From Nitrosopumilus sp. (GTDB taxonomy: Archaea; Thermoproteota; Nitrososphaeria; Nitrososphaerales; Nitrosopumilaceae): 64,000 nucleotides of DNA. The notes under the pieces were generated by a model. It saw only the letters and a program-made list of their open reading frames with translations. It was not told the DNA's origin and made no database searches. Location of the stretch: positions 160,001 through 224,000 of the forward strand of contig OZ243974.1 of NCBI GenBank assembly GCA_965214775.1. The letters are read 5' to 3'. Both the position numbers and the translations under genes were made by a program. Positions 10,315 to 20,417 of this stretch are shown in pieces; position 1 is the stretch's first letter; the number at the start of each line of letters is the position of its first letter.

Positions 10315-11736
10315 GTGCCAACTGAAATTGCAGGCACCCTTTCTTTAAAGCAAATGAGGCAAAAGATCCCATGTAATTTGAGTGAGGTTGTAGTTATTGG
10401 GGCAGGAATCGGCGGCTTGTCCACGGGGGCGCTGCTGTCAAACGAGGGCATCTCAGTAAAGATTTTTGAAAAATCATCCAGAGTCGGCGGGCGGACAGCA
10501 TCGATGGTCTATCGAAATCATATTTTGGACAACGGCTTTCACATAATGCCATTTTACAAGACATCTGCAGTTTATCAGGTTCTTGAGAAGATAGGAATTG
10601 CCTCAAAACTCAAACTGGCTCTGGTGGACGACATTTCATTCTTTAAGGACAAAAAATTCTTCAAATACCCAAAGGGAATAGCAGACATTCTAAGGCTGTC
10701 AATAATTCCAGTTTCTAGCAGAATCAAGCTCCTATGCATACTTTTTCCCATGGCTTTCTCATCAATGAAAAAAGCAGAGGAACTAGACGGGAAATCACTT
10801 ACAGAGATTACAGACAGGCTGGACAAAAACACAAAAGCATTCTTTGATGCAGTCTGCATGCTGGCCTTTGCCGATACTCCCGAGCATGTTTCGCTGGGGG
10901 AATTTGTCAGAACGATCATCAGGGCCAATCCATTCAAAGGAGGAACAAGTGAATTTGCATATCCAGAGGAGGGGGGATACGACAAGATATGTCAGAGACT
11001 ATCAGACTTTGTCATCGAGAAGAATAACCAGGTAAAATTGAACTCACCAATCAAAAAAATTCTCATCAATGACGACAACAAAGTCAGGGGGGTCCTAAAC
11101 AGTCAAGGAGAGCTTGTCAAGGCAGACAGCGTTGTTGTCGCATATCCCGCATACATTGCAGTCAAACAGCTTTTTGATGAAGGCGTGTTTGATCAAAAAT
11201 TCTTAAACAAGGTTGAAAAGCTAAACAAGACAACATCCGTAGTTGAAACCCATTTTTGCACATCGGAAAAAATTGACGGCAAGCAGATTGTTTTTCCAAC
11301 GGGTCAAGGTTACACGTCAAAAGGAATCTTTTTCATTTCAAACATGACTGACAAGGTTTCACCTCCAGGAGAGCATCTGCTTATGGCAGGAACCCCCGTC
11401 CCATCAGAACACACAGAAAGCCCAGAAAAAATCAGGGAGATCAGCAGAAAGATGAGAGAGGAGATTGCAGGAATTTATCCAAGCTTTGAGAAATCGCTAT
11501 TGTGGGAGCGTCCAATGGCTTGGAGGCTAGTCGAAGCAGTAGCCAAGGAACCTGGAATGGTATGGAAGCAAAAGATGCCGCATGAGATTGACGGCATCAA
11601 GGGATTGTATTTTGTAGGGGATTCCACCATAAGCTATGGGATTGGCACGGACTCTGCTGCCCACAGCTCATTGCTCTGCCATCCAAAGATAATGAACCAG
11701 CTGACAGCAGGAAAGGAGAACTTTATTTTAAATTAA
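10315..11736 (+). CDS. FAD-dependent oxidoreductase, phytoene dehydrogenase-like (true start probably ~20 codons downstream)
   Basis: GAGIGG Rossmann motif, GGRTAS, DNGFH, GLYFVGD. Confidence 0.85.
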   Translation: MPTEIAGTLSLKQMRQKIPCNLSEVVVIGAGIGGLSTGALLSNEGISVKIFEKSSRVGGRTASMVYRNHILDNGFHIMPFYKTSAVYQVLEKIGIASKLKLALVDDISFFKDKKFFKYPKGIADILRLSIIPVSSRIKLLCILFPMAFSSMKKAEELDGKSLTEITDRLDKNTKAFFDAVCMLAFADTPEHVSLGEFVRTIIRANPFKGGTSEFAYPEEGGYDKICQRLSDFVIEKNNQVKLNSPIKKILINDDNKVRGVLNSQGELVKADSVVVAYPAYIAVKQLFDEGVFDQKFLNKVEKLNKTTSVVETHFCTSEKIDGKQIVFPTGQGYTSKGIFFISNMTDKVSPPGEHLLMAGTPVPSEHTESPEKIREISRKMREEIAGIYPSFEKSLLWERPMAWRLVEAVAKEPGMVWKQKMPHEIDGIKGLYFVGDSTISYGIGTDSAAHSSLLCHPKIMNQLTAGKENFILN

Positions 11737-11761
11737 ATATACCCTTTTTCTGATTACAGTC

Positions 11762-12019
11762 ATGGAAATTCACGTATACGACACCTATGTCAAGGCAGCA
11801 GACGGTCATACCATGCACTTTGATGTAATTACCGGTGAAAAAGACCACGACAAAGCCATCTCGTATGGCAAGGAGTGGCTATCATCCATCGGCGAAGGCG
11901 ACGCAGCAATGACTACAAACGAGTGCCAGTTCTGTCACTCGCAAGGCGCGCCAGAGCCTGTAGAGCAGGCAATTAAGGAGAAAGGCTACTTTATCCAAAA
12001 AATGGAAGGCTGTCCTTAA
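11762..12019 (+). CDS. DUF2024 family protein
   Basis: VYDTYV...MHFDV...CQFCH...GYFIQKMEGC. Confidence 0.8.
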   Translation: MEIHVYDTYVKAADGHTMHFDVITGEKDHDKAISYGKEWLSSIGEGDAAMTTNECQFCHSQGAPEPVEQAIKEKGYFIQKMEGCP

Positions 12020-12082
12020 AAACACTTTTTTCCTTTTTCATCAAAGGAATTGGTTTTTTTATGGACTGGTGTTTCATATTGC

Positions 12083-12271
12083 ATGGCCGAACACAAATAT
12101 TCAAAATGGACAGTCGAAGGAGATAAAAAAATTGAATGGATATGCGGATGCTTTCAAACCGCAGATGATTTCTTCAAGTTTTGTGAAAAGCATGAAGAGA
12201 CCTTGAAGAAAGCAATCCAGGCCCAGGTTGACGAGCTGGACATGACAGAAATTGTTGAGGAAAAATCCTAG
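12083..12271 (+). CDS. small conserved hypothetical protein (CGC...FCEKH)
   Basis: ORF track 12050..12271; likely ATG at 12083. Confidence 0.65.
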   Translation: MAEHKYSKWTVEGDKKIEWICGCFQTADDFFKFCEKHEETLKKAIQAQVDELDMTEIVEEKS

Positions 12272-14307
12272 AGGGCGATGATTGCCACAAATGCAGACAC
12301 AAATACGATTGCAATCGTATTTAGCAGTTTAATCACGGTGTTCAAGGCAGGGCCTGCAGTATCTTTGTAGGGATCACCGATAATATCTCCCACGACTGCA
12401 ACCTTGTGGGCTTCAGAACCCTTCTCTCCTTTCATCTCGACCAGTTTCTTTGCGTTATCCCATGCGCCACCGGTGTTTGCCAGGTGGTATGCAAGCAAGA
12501 TTCCGGTTACAACAGAGCCCATCAACAGGCCTGCCACTGCAGTCGGGCCCAGCAGAATGCCAAGGATGATCGGTGCGATGATTGCCACAAGTGCCGGCTT
12601 GTACAGTTCCTTAATTGATGCGACAGTTGCAATATCCACGCATCGGGCATAATCAGGCTTTGATTTGCCGGTTAGAATTTCGAGATCGGACTTGAATTGC
12701 CGCCTGACCTCGTCTACCATCTTTCCTGCTGCACGGGATACGCCGTTAATCAGTTGGCCGGTAATGATAAAGGGAATCAGCCCCCCAACCAAAAGACCGA
12801 CAATGATTGCCGGATTTGTCAGACTGTAATCCAAATCCAAAACACCCTCAAAAATATGCGCTGCCTCAAATTGGAATGCCTGAATCATTGCCAGTGCTGC
12901 TAGTGCGGCACTTGCAATTGCAAATCCCTTGGTGACGGCTTTGGTGGTATTTCCAACAGCGTCAATTTCATCGGTAACCTTGCGATTTTCCTCGCCCATT
13001 CCAGTCATCTCGACGATTCCGCCTGCATTATCGGCAATCGGACCAAATGCGTCAATACTTAGAACGATTCCTGCAAGACTCAGCATTGCCATGGCAGTCA
13101 GGGAGGTTCCAAAGATTCCATACAGCACCGGATCTGCGCCTTGAGGAGCTGCTGCAGCAGAGATGCTGTACGATATGATGATTGCCACAACCAGTGCAAT
13201 CATAAATGGGCCAGTTGATTGCATTCCCTTGATGATTCCCATCAGAGTCAGGGATGCATAGCCCCATTTTGCAGAGTCTGCAATCTCGTTAACAGGACCG
13301 TGTTTGTAGCTGGTATACCTGTCAGTGATTTTTTGAATCACAGGAACCAGTATTACTCCAATTACGGTTGTTCCAAACAGGGCATATGCCGCCTGGGTCT
13401 GCTCGATGAATTGCGTGATAAAGACATAGTTTAATGCGATTGCGATTCCAGCTGAAACATAAAACGAGCGGTTAAGTGGCTTCATTACGTCTGTAACCCC
13501 CTTGGAACCGACAATCACCACGCCGATGATTGATGCGATCATTCCTGACGATCCAACAAGAATCGGATATAGGAAATAGTCTGGCGCGCCAATAAGTGCT
13601 GCAATCAGCAGTGCTGCCAAAATTGTAACAATGTAGGATTCGTAAACATCAGAGCCCATTCCTGCCGCATCCCCAACGTTATCCCCGACGTTATCGGCAA
13701 TGGTTGCCGGGTTTCTGGGGTCATCTTCAGGAATGTTTGCCTCGACTTTTCCGACCAGGTCTGCACCCATATCTGCAGCCTTTGTGAAGATCCCGCCTCC
13801 AATTCTAATGAACAAGGCAATCAGGCTTGCGCCAATTCCGACACCTGCAATGGTGATCGGGTCTGGAAAAACAATGTACAGTCCAGCAATTGCCATCAAG
13901 GCCATTGCAGGCACTGCAAGACCGACAGTGGCCCCGCCCCTAAAGGCCATGGCAAATGTTTTTCCCAGGCCGTCACTGCTCAGATGTGCAGCTCTGACTG
14001 CCGCTTTGACCGTGATTTTCAGCGAGATGATTCCTGCCACTGCAGACAATGCCGCTCCAACTGCAAATGCAAGACCGTTTGAAGGGGTGAGAAACGCCCC
14101 AATAATTACAGTCAGTGTGATTGCAACAGGCACAATAATCTTCATCTCTCTTTTCAAAAATGCGGCTGCGCCGACTTTGACAGCATTTGAAATATCCCTC
14201 ATCTCTTTTGTTCCAGATGGTTGTTTTGAAATCCAAGCGACCAAACCTCCGGCCACCAAAAATGAGGCAACCCCTGCAACAAATGGCAGAATCTCAGAGA
14301 CTTCCAT
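12268..14307 (-). CDS. hppA: membrane-bound H+-translocating pyrophosphatase, likely K+-independent
   Basis: GGIFTKAADMGADLVGKVE, DNVGDNVGD, GNTTKA (Lys at the K+-dependence position), GDPYKDTAGP. Confidence 0.95.
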   Translation of the reverse strand: MEVSEILPFVAGVASFLVAGGLVAWISKQPSGTKEMRDISNAVKVGAAAFLKREMKIIVPVAITLTVIIGAFLTPSNGLAFAVGAALSAVAGIISLKITVKAAVRAAHLSSDGLGKTFAMAFRGGATVGLAVPAMALMAIAGLYIVFPDPITIAGVGIGASLIALFIRIGGGIFTKAADMGADLVGKVEANIPEDDPRNPATIADNVGDNVGDAAGMGSDVYESYIVTILAALLIAALIGAPDYFLYPILVGSSGMIASIIGVVIVGSKGVTDVMKPLNRSFYVSAGIAIALNYVFITQFIEQTQAAYALFGTTVIGVILVPVIQKITDRYTSYKHGPVNEIADSAKWGYASLTLMGIIKGMQSTGPFMIALVVAIIISYSISAAAAPQGADPVLYGIFGTSLTAMAMLSLAGIVLSIDAFGPIADNAGGIVEMTGMGEENRKVTDEIDAVGNTTKAVTKGFAIASAALAALAMIQAFQFEAAHIFEGVLDLDYSLTNPAIIVGLLVGGLIPFIITGQLINGVSRAAGKMVDEVRRQFKSDLEILTGKSKPDYARCVDIATVASIKELYKPALVAIIAPIILGILLGPTAVAGLLMGSVVTGILLAYHLANTGGAWDNAKKLVEMKGEKGSEAHKVAVVGDIIGDPYKDTAGPALNTVIKLLNTIAIVFVSAFVAIIAL

Positions 14308-14342
14308 GTTATATCAGCTTGCCCCAGTCTGGGAAATATAAA

Positions 14343-14720
14343 TCAAATAGAGGGGGCCCTGGATCTTTTTTGATATGGCAAAAATGTTTTGCCTTTCAGT
14401 CCTTGCCTGACAAGTTTGTTGAATCTTTTTCCATGGGCAAGATATGGAAATCTCATGTGGATTAGTTCATGGACAATGGTGTCCTCCAGGGTTTTTTCAT
14501 CTGGGATTTTTCGTACATTTATGAAGACCAGGTTGTGTTGAAGGTAGGAAACCCCGTAGTATTTGTAGGCAGAAGTCCGCCTTCCTTCGGTCATCTCCTT
14601 TGGCGCGTCAAGAACTTCCCTAGTCGTAAGTAAAATTTCAGGTTCCGGAATAGAAAAGCGGTCAGAATAAATTCCGACTTTTTCCAAAATCCGTAATTTA
14701 AGCTCGGGATCTAGTTTCAC
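14343..14720 (-). CDS. zincin-like (SprT/YgjP-like) metalloprotein
   Basis: HELIH...H motif. Confidence 0.7.
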   Translation of the reverse strand: MKLDPELKLRILEKVGIYSDRFSIPEPEILLTTREVLDAPKEMTEGRRTSAYKYYGVSYLQHNLVFINVRKIPDEKTLEDTIVHELIHMRFPYLAHGKRFNKLVRQGLKGKTFLPYQKRSRAPSI

Positions 14721-14904
14721 ATATCCATATCTATCAATCTGCGTTTATCTTGAAATGTCAATTCTTGTACAAATTTTGGTTTAAGATGATACAGTAATCA
14801 TTGGAAAATAAAGCGAGTCTTTAACAATCGTTGATTGTACGGCAATCTCAGACACAGTTGGAATTCGATTGTTTTTCAGTTTTATTCTGGCATCATTTTT
14901 CATG

Positions 14905-14995
14905 GTACGAGTTTACCCCTCAGGCGACACTGCTGGCTGGAGCATTCGTGATCACGCCTGTTGTACCGTATCTCATGGGAGGGGTAAATTCATAC
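14905..14995 (+). mobile_element. MITE family A (~91 bp, GTA-ended, IS66-like)
   Basis: TIR gtacgagtttacccct/aggggtaaattcatac; 9-bp target duplication TTTTTCATG; 3 more copies in window. Confidence 0.85.
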
Positions 14996-15080
14996 TTTTT
15001 CATGTGTATGCAATAGGCCTTGTGCATAATCGGTGCAGATCAAGAAAATCAAAAATATTTTACGTCATTTTTGACAGATA

Positions 15081-15159
15081 TAGCAACGAGCAGAAGTCTT
15101 TGAGTCAAAACAGGGCCAGATTGCCCGTGAAAGACATCAATTAATTGTGAGCGTTGCTA
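15081..15159 (+). mobile_element. MITE family B (79 bp, TA target duplication, IS630-like)
   Basis: TIR tagcaacg/cgttgcta flanked by TA; inserted into the left target duplication of the adjacent MITE G. Confidence 0.85.
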
Positions 15160-15162
15160 TAT

Positions 15163-15303
15163 CAGCAGTTGAAAATGTACGCTCTGAATTCCAACTCCGA
15201 GATTGCGTCTTTGCCCATTCACAGCTCTGCACGCATGGGATATACATGCCAAGATCCCACGAGACGGCGGCCACAAATAACAGTGACACATTTTCAACTA
15301 CTG
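15163..15303 (+). mobile_element. MITE family G (141 bp)
   Basis: TIR cagcagttgaaaatgt/acattttcaactactg; AGATAT duplication restored when MITE B is removed; partial copy at 61547. Confidence 0.8.
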
Positions 15304-15462
15304 AGATATGCACAGAGTCTAATACCTAAAAATCAATTTTGTTGCTTGACTAGCTACAGTCAAACATGGCTTGTTTTGATTCTTCTAACTATGAATTAAC
15401 AGGGTCAGAGGTTTTAGCAGTGCAATCATCAATCATACAGCCACCGTCTCATCACACCCCGA

Positions 15463-15960
15463 TTATTCCATTAGATCCAGCAAGGATTGTGCTTTATTTC
15501 TAATTTCGGGAGTTACCTTGGCTATGACTAGGCCCTCATTTGGCTGACCATACATCACAATTGCGTTTTCTGGAGCATGGATGCATGCTGGAAGCACCAG
15601 AAGATCCTCTTCCCCATTAACTGTCAGTCTTACTGGAAAGGTCATGGAAAATGATTTTTTTATCATCTCAATACTCTGGTTTGTAATTTCTGCAGGAGGG
15701 TTATCCACCGACAACTCAACAGTCTCCAATGTCATCTTTGGATGGATTCTTTTTTTGCGTTTTTCGATGCCATCGACGATTTGCAAGGAAGGAATTAGAT
15801 CAAAATCAATCATTTTTTCAGTTGTTCTGTCTCCAACCGTGATTAGATAGTAATTGCTTCCAAGATGCCCCAAGACAGTTTGCTTGTCGGCATTCTCTTC
15901 AGGAACAAGCGTTCCCAAAGGGATTTTCATTTGTTCTCTTAGCGATTCAGGAAGTCTCAC
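15463..15960 (-). CDS. GTP-dependent dephospho-CoA kinase (DUF359)
   Basis: TVGDRTT, NPPAEIT, GEEDLLVLP, YGQPNEGLV. Confidence 0.9.
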   Translation of the reverse strand: MRLPESLREQMKIPLGTLVPEENADKQTVLGHLGSNYYLITVGDRTTEKMIDFDLIPSLQIVDGIEKRKKRIHPKMTLETVELSVDNPPAEITNQSIEMIKKSFSMTFPVRLTVNGEEDLLVLPACIHAPENAIVMYGQPNEGLVIAKVTPEIRNKAQSLLDLME

Positions 15961-15971
15961 ATAAATCAGAA

Positions 15972-17111
15972 TTAGTTTGAAGTTTGTGTTTCAGGGACAG
16001 TTTCAGGCGTATCTTCTTTTGCAGAGTCATCAGCGGTTCCCTCAGACTCTTTTTCTTGCTGCAATTTTGCTGCAAGAATACTGCATTGTGCGGCAATATT
16101 TTTTGCAGTTGTTCTGAAAGCTTTGGCACTTGGAGAATCAGGATTTGTTATCATGATTGGCTTTCCCAAATCAGAGCCAGACATAATTCCAGAGTTTAGC
16201 GGGATTTCACCCAAGAAGGGCATCTTGAATTGCTCGCTGATTTTCTTTGCGCCGCCATCTCCAAAGATGTAATGCTTATCATCGCAGTTTGGGCAAATAA
16301 AATGACTCATGTTTTCTACGACTCCGATGATTGGAACGTTGAGTTTTTCAAACATTCCAATTGCTTTGACTGCCACGTTGCTTGCAACATCTTGAGGGGT
16401 TGTAACTACAAGAATTCCAGTAATAGGAATTGTTTGTGCAAGCGTTAATGGAATATCTCCCGTACCAGGAGGCAAATCGACTATCAGATAATCAAGATCA
16501 GACCAGTTGGTGTCCACCAAAAATTGTTTTAAGATTCCAGATATGATCGGACCACGGTAAATTGCTGCCTGGTGAGATTGTTCTGCAAAGAATCCAAATG
16601 AGACGACTTTCAGGCCATTTGCATGGGCCGGTTGAAGTTTGTTGTCTTCAACTTCCATGGAACCGTCTTTCATTCCAAGCATTAACGGAATGCTTGGGCC
16701 ATAGATGTCAGCATCAAGCAATCCGACCTTGGCTCCGGTTTGAGACAGTGCCAGTGCCAAGTTTAGTGAAACGGTGGATTTTCCCACACCGCCTTTTCCG
16801 CTTGCAACGCCAATGATGTTCCTTACAGTGGCCATTCCAGTATCCTCGTCTAATGAACGGCCTTCCATTACTTTTGCAGTGACATTCATGTCAAAGCTCT
16901 TCAGTTCAGACAATTGGCCAATAGCTTTTCTAACATCATCCTCGATTTCCACATTGAACGGGCATGCAGGGGTGGTAAGCTCTAAAGTAAACTTCAGGTT
17001 GTTGTCATCAAGTTCCAAGTCTTTGATCATTCCCATGGAGACAATGTCTTGTTTCAGGTCAGGATCAATTACGGTACTGAGCTTTTCTAAAACTTGATCT
17101 ACGCCAACCAT
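15972..17111 (-). CDS. mrp: Mrp/NBP35 Fe-S cluster carrier ATPase with N-terminal DUF59 domain
   Basis: LTTPACP, SGKGGVGKST, DLPPGTGD, CPNC. The ORF-track extension to 17267 runs through a MITE; real start is MVGVDQ at 17111. Confidence 0.92.
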   Translation of the reverse strand: MVGVDQVLEKLSTVIDPDLKQDIVSMGMIKDLELDDNNLKFTLELTTPACPFNVEIEDDVRKAIGQLSELKSFDMNVTAKVMEGRSLDEDTGMATVRNIIGVASGKGGVGKSTVSLNLALALSQTGAKVGLLDADIYGPSIPLMLGMKDGSMEVEDNKLQPAHANGLKVVSFGFFAEQSHQAAIYRGPIISGILKQFLVDTNWSDLDYLIVDLPPGTGDIPLTLAQTIPITGILVVTTPQDVASNVAVKAIGMFEKLNVPIIGVVENMSHFICPNCDDKHYIFGDGGAKKISEQFKMPFLGEIPLNSGIMSGSDLGKPIMITNPDSPSAKAFRTTAKNIAAQCSILAAKLQQEKESEGTADDSAKEDTPETVPETQTSN

Positions 17112-17161
17112 TGCGTGAAAAAGTCCGCCTGCATTATTTAAAGATAGGTTAGGCACGAATG

Positions 17162-17252
17162 GTGCAAGTTTACCCCTCACTTGAGATATGGCGTGGCAGG
17201 CGTGATCATGAAGACTCCGGCCAGCAGTAACGCCTGAATGGTAAACTCTTGC
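17162..17252 (-). mobile_element. MITE family A (diverged copy)
   Basis: agtttacccctc...gcctgaatggtaaactc, reverse homolog of 14905-14995. Confidence 0.75.
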
Positions 17253-17303
17253 CAAAAAAACATCCAAAGATTCATAAATTGAGATTCAAGAAAAACAGCA
17301 CAG

Positions 17304-17903
17304 TTGTTTTCCATATCTACCCTGGTTGATGTTGTTAGGATCCCCCCAAGCCTGTTTGGAACCACACTCAAAAAGGCAGCAGTAAACATTCTCAAGGAAA
17401 AATACGAGAGCATGATTAATGCAGACCTGGGTTACATCATCATGATTTTAGATGCCAAGGTCGACGAAATGGGAAAAATGGTTGCAGGAGACGGAGGCAC
17501 GTTCCACAAAGTCGAGTTTGAGGCATTGACATTTTATCCAAAGCTGCAAGAAATTGTCCAAGGGGAAATTGTAGACATTACAGACTTTGGCGCATTTGTA
17601 AGAATCGGCCCGACAGATGCGTTACTCCACCTCTCACAGGTCATGGATGACTATCTAAAGAGCGATGTAAAATCCGGAATGATCCTGGCCAGTCAGAGCG
17701 GAAGAACGTTAAAAGTCGGTTCAACACTTCGTGCAAGAATTACTGCAGTTTCACTAGGAAAGGCAGCTGCAATGGGCAAAATCGGAATCACATGCAGACA
17801 GCCGTTCCTTGGGGCAGACGGTTGGATTGCAGAAGAGATTAAGAAAGCAGAAGGAGGCGCCCTCGAAGAGCCGGCCAAGGAAGCAAAAGTAGAGGCAAGT
17901 TAA
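17304..17903 (+). CDS. rpoE1: DNA-directed RNA polymerase subunit Rpo7 (E')
   Basis: VVRIPP, GDGGTFH, S1 domain FGAFVRIGPTDALLHLSQ. Confidence 0.95.
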   Translation: MFSISTLVDVVRIPPSLFGTTLKKAAVNILKEKYESMINADLGYIIMILDAKVDEMGKMVAGDGGTFHKVEFEALTFYPKLQEIVQGEIVDITDFGAFVRIGPTDALLHLSQVMDDYLKSDVKSGMILASQSGRTLKVGSTLRARITAVSLGKAAAMGKIGITCRQPFLGADGWIAEEIKKAEGGALEEPAKEAKVEAS

Positions 17904-17904
17904 G

Positions 17905-18093
17905 ATGGCAAGAGAGATGGCATGCAGAAAATGCAAGTTCGTAACAACAGGAAAGGTTTGTCCGGTCTGCAAGTCGGCAGATCTAACGCCTGATTGGAAC
18001 GGAATTGTCCTGGTAGTTGATCCCACAAATTCTGAAATTTCTAGAACGTTAGGCATCACTCAGAAAGGCAAGTATGCAATCAAGGTAACATAA
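17905..18093 (+). CDS. spt4: transcription elongation factor Spt4 (RpoE'')
   Basis: ACRKC...CPVC...WNG...GKYAIKV. Confidence 0.95.
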   Translation: MAREMACRKCKFVTTGKVCPVCKSADLTPDWNGIVLVVDPTNSEISRTLGITQKGKYAIKVT

Positions 18094-18134
18094 AAAAATC
18101 TAAATCCTTAAAATCACAATAGCAATTACTAATT

Positions 18135-18962
18135 ATGTTGTCATCATCATCATTTGATTCCAAAAAACAGTTATCACAGTTTCTATCCGAGGATGTTGGC
18201 AGAGGCGACATTACATCTGCGTTACTTGCAAAGAGAAAAATTTCTGCAAGAATTATTTCCAGAGAAAAGGCGATCATTGCAGGCACGAAATACGCAAAAG
18301 AGATCTTCAAAATCAAGGGATGCAATGCAGTAATTGAAAAAAGAGACGGAGGCAAGATTTTGCCAAACCAGACGGTAATCAGGGTAACAGGCGATGCGGG
18401 AAAGATTCTTGCATGCGAAAGAACGGTTCTCAATTTACTTGCCAGAATGAGCGGAATTGCCACACAGACAGACAAACTCGTAAAAAAAATACCAGGCAAA
18501 ACAAAGCTGTATGCCACAAGAAAGACTGCCCCCGGTTTGCGCTATTTTGACAAAGAGGCAGTCGAGATTGGCGGCGGGCAGAAACACAGGCTGAGGCTAG
18601 ACGAGATGGTGATGATCAAAGACAACCACATTGCCGCAGAAAAATCATTGTCATCATTGATTCAAAAGGCAAAGAAAAAGCACAGAAGATTCGAGGTGGA
18701 GGTCGAAGACGTTTCAGATGCGTTGCTTGCAGCAAAGGAAGGGGCAGCAATCATCATGTTAGACAACTTTACACCCGGCCAAATTGCAGAGGCAATTCAA
18801 GCCTTAAAAGACAACAGGCTAAGAAAAACGGTCCAGCTGGAAGCTTCTGGAGGAATCACGTCAAAAAACATTGCAAAGTATGCAAAGACAGGCGTGGATA
18901 TTATTTCTGTCGGAAGCATTACAAACTCAGTCAAGGGCATCGACTTTAGTCTGGAAGTTTAA
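18135..18962 (+). CDS. nadC: nicotinate-nucleotide pyrophosphorylase
   Basis: TRKTAPG, HRLRL, IKDNH, MLDNF, EASGGI. Confidence 0.95.
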   Translation: MLSSSSFDSKKQLSQFLSEDVGRGDITSALLAKRKISARIISREKAIIAGTKYAKEIFKIKGCNAVIEKRDGGKILPNQTVIRVTGDAGKILACERTVLNLLARMSGIATQTDKLVKKIPGKTKLYATRKTAPGLRYFDKEAVEIGGGQKHRLRLDEMVMIKDNHIAAEKSLSSLIQKAKKKHRRFEVEVEDVSDALLAAKEGAAIIMLDNFTPGQIAEAIQALKDNRLRKTVQLEASGGITSKNIAKYAKTGVDIISVGSITNSVKGIDFSLEV

Positions 18963-19357
18963 GACAGTTCGGACAGCAATTCAGATACGGACTTGTTTTC
19001 AGGGTCCACCTCCTTGATTTTTTCACAGCACTCGACTGCCTTTCTTTTCTCGCTTAGTTTTTGATGAGAGTACGCCTTTAGCAACAGGACATCAACGTCA
19101 TAGGCTCCAATCTCAAGGGCTCTGTCAAAATAAGAGATGGCAGTCTTGTGCTTGTTTTTCAGATAATAGATTCCCCCCATGGTAAACAGCACGTCATGGT
19201 TGTTTGGCACCTTCAGGAGATATTCCGTGCCTGATTTTATTGCCGGGTCATATTTTTTGTCCTTGACGAGTCTTTTGAATTCTTTGAGTTTTTGAGTATT
19301 CTTTTTTTGCTGGGGATCTTTTGGAGATCTGCCAAACAGCCCAGCCAACAGAGTCAC
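18959..19357 (-). CDS. TPR repeat protein
   Basis: TPR-like helices (AISYFDRALEI, AVECCEKIKEVDP). Confidence 0.8.
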   Translation of the reverse strand: MTLLAGLFGRSPKDPQQKKNTQKLKEFKRLVKDKKYDPAIKSGTEYLLKVPNNHDVLFTMGGIYYLKNKHKTAISYFDRALEIGAYDVDVLLLKAYSHQKLSEKRKAVECCEKIKEVDPENKSVSELLSELS

Positions 19358-19361
19358 ACAG

Positions 19362-20318
19362 CTAACTTATTGCAAGCATTCTGTCAATTGCCAGACGCGC
19401 CTTATCTGCAATGTCTTTGGGAACCGTAACGACGTTTTTTTCGTTGATTAATGTATCATAGACGTTTTCCAAGTTTATCATTTTCATGTATTGGCATTCG
19501 GCTTTTTCTGATGCTGGAACGAATGCTTTTTCAGGATTTTGCTGTCTCATCTTATACAAGATTCCGGTTTCAGTCGCAACAACAAAGTTTTTGGAAGGTG
19601 ATTTTTTTACATGATTCAGCATCCCTTCAGTAGAAAGAATAGAGACCTTCTTGTCATCATAGCTGCCATCGGCTACATCATACATCATAGGCGTGGTACA
19701 GCTGCACTCAGGATGAATGACAAATTCGGCACCTTTCATTGATTCTAATTTCTTTGCAACGTCGTCTGGAGTAATTCCGGCATGAACGTGGCATTCACCT
19801 GCCCAGATATGCATGTTTTTCCTTCCAGTCATTTTTGCCACATAAGAGCCCAAGAACATGTCAGGCAGGAACAAAATTTCCCTGTCTCTGGGAATTGCCT
19901 TAACGACATTGACTGCATTAGATGAAGTACAGCAGTAATCCAGTTCGGCCTTGATTTGTGCAGTGGTGTTCACATAGCCTACTGCAATGGCATTTGGATG
20001 CTGTTTCTTCCAATTTCTTAGCTCATCTACAGTAATTGAATCAGATAAAGAGCACCCAGCCTCCAAATCTGGAAGCAGTACCTTTTTTTGCGGACTGATG
20101 ATTGCAGCAGTCTCGGCCATAAAGTTCACCCCACAAAACAAAATTGTTTTTTGCGGAACCTTTGCTGCCTGCCTTGAAAGGCCAAGAGAATCCCCCGTAA
20201 AGTCAGCAATGTCCTGGACGTCGGGAATTTGGTAATTGTGGGCAAGTATGACAATGTCTTTTTCCTTTTTGAGCCTCAGTATTTCGTCTTTGAGTCGTGA
20301 GGATTGTTGTACAAGCAT
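19362..20318 (-). CDS. nadA: quinolinate synthase
   Basis: LAHNYQ, GDSL, CGVNFMAE, AGCSL, HPEC, CQYMK. Confidence 0.95.
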   Translation of the reverse strand: MLVQQSSRLKDEILRLKKEKDIVILAHNYQIPDVQDIADFTGDSLGLSRQAAKVPQKTILFCGVNFMAETAAIISPQKKVLLPDLEAGCSLSDSITVDELRNWKKQHPNAIAVGYVNTTAQIKAELDYCCTSSNAVNVVKAIPRDREILFLPDMFLGSYVAKMTGRKNMHIWAGECHVHAGITPDDVAKKLESMKGAEFVIHPECSCTTPMMYDVADGSYDDKKVSILSTEGMLNHVKKSPSKNFVVATETGILYKMRQQNPEKAFVPASEKAECQYMKMINLENVYDTLINEKNVVTVPKDIADKARLAIDRMLAIS

Positions 20319-20417
20319 AGTCCTATGAAAATTGAAGTCAAGGGGATTTAAAGAATGGGAAGTAGTCCATATTTCTCAAGGATTCCGCCAAATGTGGCAA
20401 TTATTGCCATCATCATA

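Noticed and set aside
17112-17267. N-terminal extension of Mrp
   Set aside because: Read-through across MITE A; the conserved protein starts at 17111.
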